Positions 58,676-64,000 of a DNA stretch of 64,000 nt are shown here, one piece after another. The translations under genes were made by a program, and so were the position numbers. Source of the DNA: Candidatus Pollutiaquabacter sp. (GTDB lineage: Bacteria > Bacteroidota > Bacteroidia > AKYH767-A > 2013-40CM-41-45). Under the pieces are notes generated by a model. It was not told the DNA's origin and made no database searches. It was given only the letters and a program-made list of their open reading frames with translations. The stretch is taken from assembly GCA_947465495.1 (NCBI GenBank), contig CANIAS010000002.1, positions 14,274-78,273 of the forward strand, read 5' to 3'. Each line of letters starts with the position of its first letter. The first letter of the stretch is position 1.

Positions 58676-59989
58676 ATGAAAATCGCAGTCGTCGGAACAG
58701 GATATGTCGGATTAGTTACTGGAACATGCTTTGCAGAAACAGGCAATCAAGTAGTATGTGTGGATATAGATGCCGATAAGGTTAGCCGTATGCAACGGGG
58801 TGAGATCCCAATCTATGAACCACATCTTGACTCCATCTTCGAGCGAAATATCAGTCAAGGACGACTGACCTTTACAACAGACCTTGCTGTTGGTGTAAGT
58901 GACGCCTCGATTGTTTTTCTGGCACTTCCTACGCCACCCGGAGAAGACGGGTCAGCTGATCTTCAGTATATACTTCGAGTAGCTGATCAACTAGGGCACC
59001 TGCTGAAAGACTACAAGGTCATCGTGAATAAAAGCACCGTTCCGGTTGGAACAGCTGAAAAAGTACGAGTGGCAATTGCTAAAAACTGCACCTGCGAATT
59101 TGACGTTGTATCCAATCCTGAATTCCTTCGCGAAGGATTTGCAGTGGATGATTTCATGAAACCAGACCGCGTCGTGGTAGGTACCACTTCCCAGCGTGCG
59201 CGCGACCTGATGTCTGAACTGTATGGTCCTTTTATCCGTCAAGGCAATCCTATTTATTTTATGGACGAACGTTCTTCGGAATTAACTAAATATGCTGCCA
59301 ATGCATTTCTGGCTATGAAGATTACTTTCATGAATGAAATGGGCAATCTCTGTGAAAAAGTCGGCGCTAACATAGACGCCGTGCGGATTGGTATTGGGTC
59401 GGACGAACGAATTGGAAAAAGATTCCTCTTTGCCGGAATTGGCTACGGAGGAAGCTGCTTTCCGAAAGACGTACAAGCACTCAGCAAAATTGCCGAGGAT
59501 TCGCACTATGAATTCCGTATTCTTGATTCCGTCATGGCTGTGAATGAAAAACAGAAGCTCATTCTGATTGACAAAGTTCGTAAGCACTTTGGCGGCTCAT
59601 TGAAAGGCAAAAAAGCAGCCTTCTGGGGACTCGCTTTCAAACCCGATACCGATGATATTCGTGAAGCACCTTCACTCTATATGATTGATGAATTGTTGCA
59701 GGAAGGAGTCTCCATATCCGCCTACGATCCGGAAGCAATGAATAATGTGCGTAAACTGAAAGGTGATGCTATCAGCTACGGAACCGATGCATATTCCGTA
59801 TTGGATGGCGCCGACTTCCTCATCATCGCAACTGAATGGTCCGTTTTCCGCACCCCTGAATTTGAGCGTATGACAACAGCGATGAAACAGCCACTCATTT
59901 TTGATGGGCGCAACCTCTACGATTTACAGCGCATGAAGGAAAAGGGATTCACTTACTATAGTATTGGCCGAGAAGCCGTAATTTCTTAA
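58676..59989 (+). CDS. ugd: UDP-glucose 6-dehydrogenase
   Basis: 437 aa. It has the N-terminal NAD fold [16 protein letters not shown] and the catalytic Cys region [13 protein letters not shown]. Confidence 0.9.
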   Translation: MKIAVVGTGYVGLVTGTCFAETGNQVVCVDIDADKVSRMQRGEIPIYEPHLDSIFERNISQGRLTFTTDLAVGVSDASIVFLALPTPPGEDGSADLQYILRVADQLGHLLKDYKVIVNKSTVPVGTAEKVRVAIAKNCTCEFDVVSNPEFLREGFAVDDFMKPDRVVVGTTSQRARDLMSELYGPFIRQGNPIYFMDERSSELTKYAANAFLAMKITFMNEMGNLCEKVGANIDAVRIGIGSDERIGKRFLFAGIGYGGSCFPKDVQALSKIAEDSHYEFRILDSVMAVNEKQKLILIDKVRKHFGGSLKGKKAAFWGLAFKPDTDDIREAPSLYMIDELLQEGVSISAYDPEAMNNVRKLKGDAISYGTDAYSVLDGADFLIIATEWSVFRTPEFERMTTAMKQPLIFDGRNLYDLQRMKEKGFTYYSIGREAVIS

Positions 59990-59993
59990 ACGA

Positions 59994-60962
59994 ATGAAAA
60001 GAGTGTTGATCACCGGCGCAGCCGGATTCCTCGGTTCCCATTTGTGTGACCGCTTTATTAAAGAGGGTTACAGTGTGATCGGCATGGACAATCTGATTAC
60101 AGGTGACTTGAAGAACATCGAGCATCTTTTCAAATTAAAAGAGTTCGAATTCTATCATCACGACGTCAGCAAATTTGTGTATGTTCCCGGAGAACTGCAC
60201 TATATACTGCACTTCGCTTCACCGGCAAGTCCCATCGACTACCTTAAAATTCCAATTCAAACACTAAAAGTTGGATCATTGGGTACACACAATCTACTAG
60301 GACTAGCAAAAGCTAAAAACGCTAGAATCCTGGTAGCCTCTACTTCAGAAGTATACGGCGACCCAATGGTTCATCCACAACCCGAAGATTACTGGGGACA
60401 TGTCAACCCAATTGGTCCACGCGGCGTTTACGATGAAGCCAAACGTTTCCAAGAAGCCATTACTATGGCGTATCATAATTTTCACGGATTGGAAACACGA
60501 ATTGTAAGAATCTTCAATACCTATGGACCTCGTATGCGTCTAAACGATGGACGTGTGCTTCCAGCATTCATTGGACAGGCGTTGCGAGGTGAAGACTTAA
60601 CGGTTTTTGGAGATGGCACACAGACCCGCTCTTTTTGCTACGTCGATGATCTAATCGAAGGAATTTATAGACTCTTGATGAGCGACTATCATCTGCCTGT
60701 CAACATTGGCAACCCCGATGAAATTACCATTGCAGAATTTGGCGAAGAGATTATCAAACTAACCGGCGCTAATCAACAACTTGTTTTCCACCCACTACCC
60801 ACCGACGATCCCAAGCAACGACAACCGGACATTTCGCGTGCGAAATCCATCTTGGGCTGGGAACCGACAATCAATCGTTCGGAAGGATTGAAGCGAACCT
60901 ATGCGTATTTCAAAAGTCTTACCCCGGAAGAACTTCACAGGACTGCACACCGATTCGCTTAA
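59994..60962 (+). CDS. UDP-glucuronate decarboxylase (UDP-xylose synthase), SDR-family
   Basis: 322 aa. It has [22 protein letters not shown] and the UXS-typical STSEVYGDP and [10 protein letters not shown] segments. Confidence 0.8.
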   Translation: MKRVLITGAAGFLGSHLCDRFIKEGYSVIGMDNLITGDLKNIEHLFKLKEFEFYHHDVSKFVYVPGELHYILHFASPASPIDYLKIPIQTLKVGSLGTHNLLGLAKAKNARILVASTSEVYGDPMVHPQPEDYWGHVNPIGPRGVYDEAKRFQEAITMAYHNFHGLETRIVRIFNTYGPRMRLNDGRVLPAFIGQALRGEDLTVFGDGTQTRSFCYVDDLIEGIYRLLMSDYHLPVNIGNPDEITIAEFGEEIIKLTGANQQLVFHPLPTDDPKQRQPDISRAKSILGWEPTINRSEGLKRTYAYFKSLTPEELHRTAHRFA

Positions 60963-61041
60963 CCAACATTAATCATATTATTGATAATCAATACATTGAA
61001 ATTGATTTTCAATCGTTAACTTTACAGACAACGAGTACCTT

Positions 61042-61620
61042 ATGGAAAAGCATTATTACAGCCACGAGACAGCGGTCATTGATGATCAAGTCACCATTGG
61101 TAAAGGCACCAAGATTTGGCATTTTAGTCATATCATGAGCAACACCGTCATTGGCGAAAATTGCAATCTCGGGCAAAACGTTGTAGTCTCCCCTGAAGTT
61201 ATACTGGGAAACAATGTGAAAGTACAAAACAACGTATCCATCTATACCGGAGTGACATGCGAAGATGATGTCTTCTTAGGCCCTTCCATGGTTTTTACCA
61301 ATGTTAATAATCCCAGGAGTGCGATCACGCGTAGAGGACTATATTTAAAAACGATTGTAGGCAAAGGTGCCACCATTGGCGCAAACGCCACCATCGTTTG
61401 CGGACATAATATTGGAGAATTCGCTTTCATCGGCGCAGGCGCTGTTGTTACAAAAGACATCCCACCGTATGCATTGGTAGTTGGCAATCCGGCTAAGCAA
61501 CTTGGTTGGATGAGTGAATATGGACACCGCTTAAAATTTGACACCAACGGAATTGCCATTTGTCCTGAAAGTCGGCAGGAATATTTGTTAGAAGGCAAAA
61601 AAGTTAGACGAACCAAATGA
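61042..61620 (+). CDS. Hexapeptide-repeat (left-handed beta-helix) N-acetyltransferase, WbpD/WlbB-like
   Basis: 192 aa. Recurring hexapeptide [LIV]GxxxxI repeats are present. The overall pattern resembles the UDP-GlcNAc3NA N-acetyltransferase family. Confidence 0.65.
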   Translation: MEKHYYSHETAVIDDQVTIGKGTKIWHFSHIMSNTVIGENCNLGQNVVVSPEVILGNNVKVQNNVSIYTGVTCEDDVFLGPSMVFTNVNNPRSAITRRGLYLKTIVGKGATIGANATIVCGHNIGEFAFIGAGAVVTKDIPPYALVVGNPAKQLGWMSEYGHRLKFDTNGIAICPESRQEYLLEGKKVRRTK

Positions 61621-62666
61621 GTATCGCGAACCTAGATTCATCCATTATCCGTTTTGCAGTTATCGGAGCAGGTCACATCGGTAAAAGACACGCCGAAATG
61701 GTGCGTAGAAATACCGAAGCGAAATTGGTGGCCATGTGCGACATCAAACCAGCTACTGAACTCGGAATTGAAGTGTCTGAAGTTCCCCTTTTCGCTTCTG
61801 CCGACGCACTCTTCGCATCTGGGATTGAGTTCGATGTCGTGTGCGTATGTACTCCGAACGGACTTCATGCCGAACACACACTATTAGCACTTGAAAACAG
61901 AAAGCATGTAGTCCTGGAAAAACCCATGGCGCTGTCTGTTGCCGACTGCGAAAAAATCATCTTTAAAGCCTTACAAGTTTCCCGACAGGTATTCTGTGTA
62001 ATGCAAAACCGCTACTCTCCGCCATCAATTTGGATTAAGGAAATGGTTCAGAGCGGAAGACTTGGGGAGATCTATATGGTTCAACTAAATTGTTACTGGA
62101 ACAGGGATCAGCGCTACTACAACGGAAAAAACTGGAAAGGATCTCAAAACCTTGACGGCGGAACATTATTCACGCAATTTTCCCACTTCATTGACATCAT
62201 GTACTGGCTCTTCGGCGACATCACTGACATACAGGGAAAATACAACGACTTCAACCACCACGGTCTGACGGAGTTTGAAGATTCTGGGTTTGTGAGTTTT
62301 AATTTTATGAATGGCGGAATGGGAAGTATCAATTATTCTACTTCCGTGTGGGACACTAACCTGGAAAGCAGCATCACCATTATTGCCAAAAACGGCAGCA
62401 TTAAAATCGGCGGTCAATACATGAATGAAGTGGAATACTGTCATGTACGCGACTATGTCATGCCAGAGCTTCCTGCGTCAAGTCCTGCCAATGACTATGG
62501 ATCGTACAAAGGATCTGCAGCTAACCACCATTTTATTATCGAGAATACCATTGACACCATCAAAGGACGGACGACTGCTACCACCAATGCGTTGGAAGGA
62601 TTGAAAGTGGTGGATATCATCGAACGTATCTATTCGCTCCGTGATCTTACTAAATTAAAAAAATAA
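61617..62666 (+). CDS. Gfo/Idh/MocA-family NAD-dependent sugar oxidoreductase, WbpB/WlbA-like
   Basis: 349 aa. The N-terminal Rossmann fold is [17 protein letters not shown] and EKP is present in the catalytic region. It overlaps the acetyltransferase stop by 4 nt. Confidence 0.7.
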   Translation: MSIANLDSSIIRFAVIGAGHIGKRHAEMVRRNTEAKLVAMCDIKPATELGIEVSEVPLFASADALFASGIEFDVVCVCTPNGLHAEHTLLALENRKHVVLEKPMALSVADCEKIIFKALQVSRQVFCVMQNRYSPPSIWIKEMVQSGRLGEIYMVQLNCYWNRDQRYYNGKNWKGSQNLDGGTLFTQFSHFIDIMYWLFGDITDIQGKYNDFNHHGLTEFEDSGFVSFNFMNGGMGSINYSTSVWDTNLESSITIIAKNGSIKIGGQYMNEVEYCHVRDYVMPELPASSPANDYGSYKGSAANHHFIIENTIDTIKGRTTATTNALEGLKVVDIIERIYSLRDLTKLKK

Positions 62667-62701
62667 TAACCCTTGCAGTTGCACTTGCAACTGCTCCTAC
62701 C

Positions 62702-64000
62702 TTGCCCAATATGCATCGGGAATTAATCGAAAAGAAAAAGAAACTGGCAGTATTAGGACTCGGCTATGTCGGCCTGCCGATAGCCCTTGAATTCGCACGC
62801 AAGATTAGTGTTATTGGATTTGATATCAACGAAGGACGACTTGAAAAAATGCGTAACGGAATTGATCCGAGTGGAGAATTGGATAATGGCGCCTTCAACG
62901 GCTGTGACATTACCTTCACCTCCTCTTTGGAAGAATTGCGTGAAGCAAATTTTTACATCGTCACTGTTCCAACTCCAATCGATGAGCACAATTTGCCAGA
63001 CCTCAAACCTTTGCTGGGCGCCACCAAATTTATTGGACAGGTGCTAAAGAAAGGCGACTATGTGGTGTATGAATCTACGGTCTATCCAGGTTGTACAGAA
63101 GAAGACTGCGTTCCTTTGCTGGAAGAGCTATCCGGGTTAAAAGCAGGATCGGATTTCAAATACGGATATTCCCCGGAAAGGATAAATCCTGGCGATAAAG
63201 AACACACCATCACTAAAATCCTAAAAGTGGTTTCAGGATGTGATGAAGAAGCACTGACAACGGTTTCTGAAGTCTATCGTATCATCGTTCAAGCAGGCGT
63301 TTATCATGCGGCTTCCGTTAAAGTAGCCGAAGCAGCCAAGATCATTGAAAACACCCAGCGCGACGTAAACATCGCACTGATGAATGAGCTATCCATCATT
63401 TTTAATAAGATGGGCATTAACACGTATGATGTATTGGAGGCCGCAGGCACGAAATGGAACTTCATTCGGTTTCAGCCTGGATTAGTCGGAGGTCACTGTA
63501 TTGGAGTAGATCCTTACTACCTCACCTACAAAGCTCAGGAGATGGGCTACCATGCACAGGTCATCAACAGTGGCCGCTTTGTAAATGATAGCATGGGATT
63601 TTACATTGCAAAGCAAACCGTCAAAAAAATAATTGCAGCCGGCAAAGACGTTTCTAAATCCAAGGCCCTGGTTATGGGCGCAACGTTCAAAGAAAACGTA
63701 GAAGATATCCGCAATTCAAAAGTAGCGGATGTCGTGAAAGAACTGCAATCCTATGGAGTACAAGTCGACGTGACCGACCCGCGAGCAGATTCGGACGACC
63801 TCAAGCACGAGTATGGTTTCGAACTCGTAAAATCACTAAGCAACTCATACGATGCCATTATCATTACTGTCGGTCATCAGGAGTACAAAGAGTTGGATAA
63901 TGCTTGGCTGAAACGTCATCTAGTTTCCGATGGATTGGTGGTCGACTTAAAAGGTATCTTTAAAAAGAAAACGGACGGATTCACTTACTGGAGCCTTTGA
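62702..64000 (+). CDS. Nucleotide-sugar 6-dehydrogenase of the UDP-GlcNAc/ManNAc dehydrogenase type (WbpA/TviB-like)
   Basis: 432 aa. It has KLAVLGLGYVGLPIALEFA and the catalytic Cys region GLVGGHCIGVDP. The stop lies at the window end. Confidence 0.8.
   Translation: MPNMHRELIEKKKKLAVLGLGYVGLPIALEFARKISVIGFDINEGRLEKMRNGIDPSGELDNGAFNGCDITFTSSLEELREANFYIVTVPTPIDEHNLPDLKPLLGATKFIGQVLKKGDYVVYESTVYPGCTEEDCVPLLEELSGLKAGSDFKYGYSPERINPGDKEHTITKILKVVSGCDEEALTTVSEVYRIIVQAGVYHAASVKVAEAAKIIENTQRDVNIALMNELSIIFNKMGINTYDVLEAAGTKWNFIRFQPGLVGGHCIGVDPYYLTYKAQEMGYHAQVINSGRFVNDSMGFYIAKQTVKKIIAAGKDVSKSKALVMGATFKENVEDIRNSKVADVVKELQSYGVQVDVTDPRADSDDLKHEYGFELVKSLSNSYDAIIITVGHQEYKELDNAWLKRHLVSDGLVVDLKGIFKKKTDGFTYWSL

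Overview
This window looks like Bacteroidota chromosome. Three large secreted proteins end in T9SS C-terminal sorting domains, SecD and SecF are fused, and a TTTG / TAnnTTTG promoter precedes the tRNA pair. I count about 54 CDS and 2 tRNAs (Gly-GCC, Leu-TAA), with no transposase, integrase or CRISPR. Housekeeping genes are a 5'-truncated class II (B12) ribonucleotide reductase, MutS, a TrmH-family methyltransferase, RecG, PheT, PolX, aconitase, SecDF, TatA, PDH E1alpha/E2, DeoD, FolK, dNK, SppA and YajQ. The accessory content falls into five parts. (1) A stress island at 1.9-11 kb carries two tandem-Usp proteins, a PAS histidine kinase with a REC-Crp fusion regulator, Hsp20, a YtxH / holin-like / hypothetical trio, a PRTase, DUF2892 and NRAMP. 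(2) MlaEFD and an AI-2E transporter follow. (3) A minus-strand cluster at 14.8-19.1 kb encodes an eRF1/Pelota-like protein without GGQ, a Usp, and a tightly coupled TerB, CBS site-2 protease and patatin operon. This is the best candidate for an undescribed stress or conflict module. (4) A copper-themed trio comprises an MbnP-like lipoprotein, a di-haem peroxidase (MbnH-like) and a T9SS-secreted lysyl-oxidase-like cuproenzyme. (5) A nucleotide-sugar locus at 57.5-64 kb covers UDP-GlcA to UDP-Xyl and a Wbp-type UDP-diacetamido-uronic acid pathway. Other points are a perfect 21-bp coding tandem repeat inside mutS and several intrinsic terminators.
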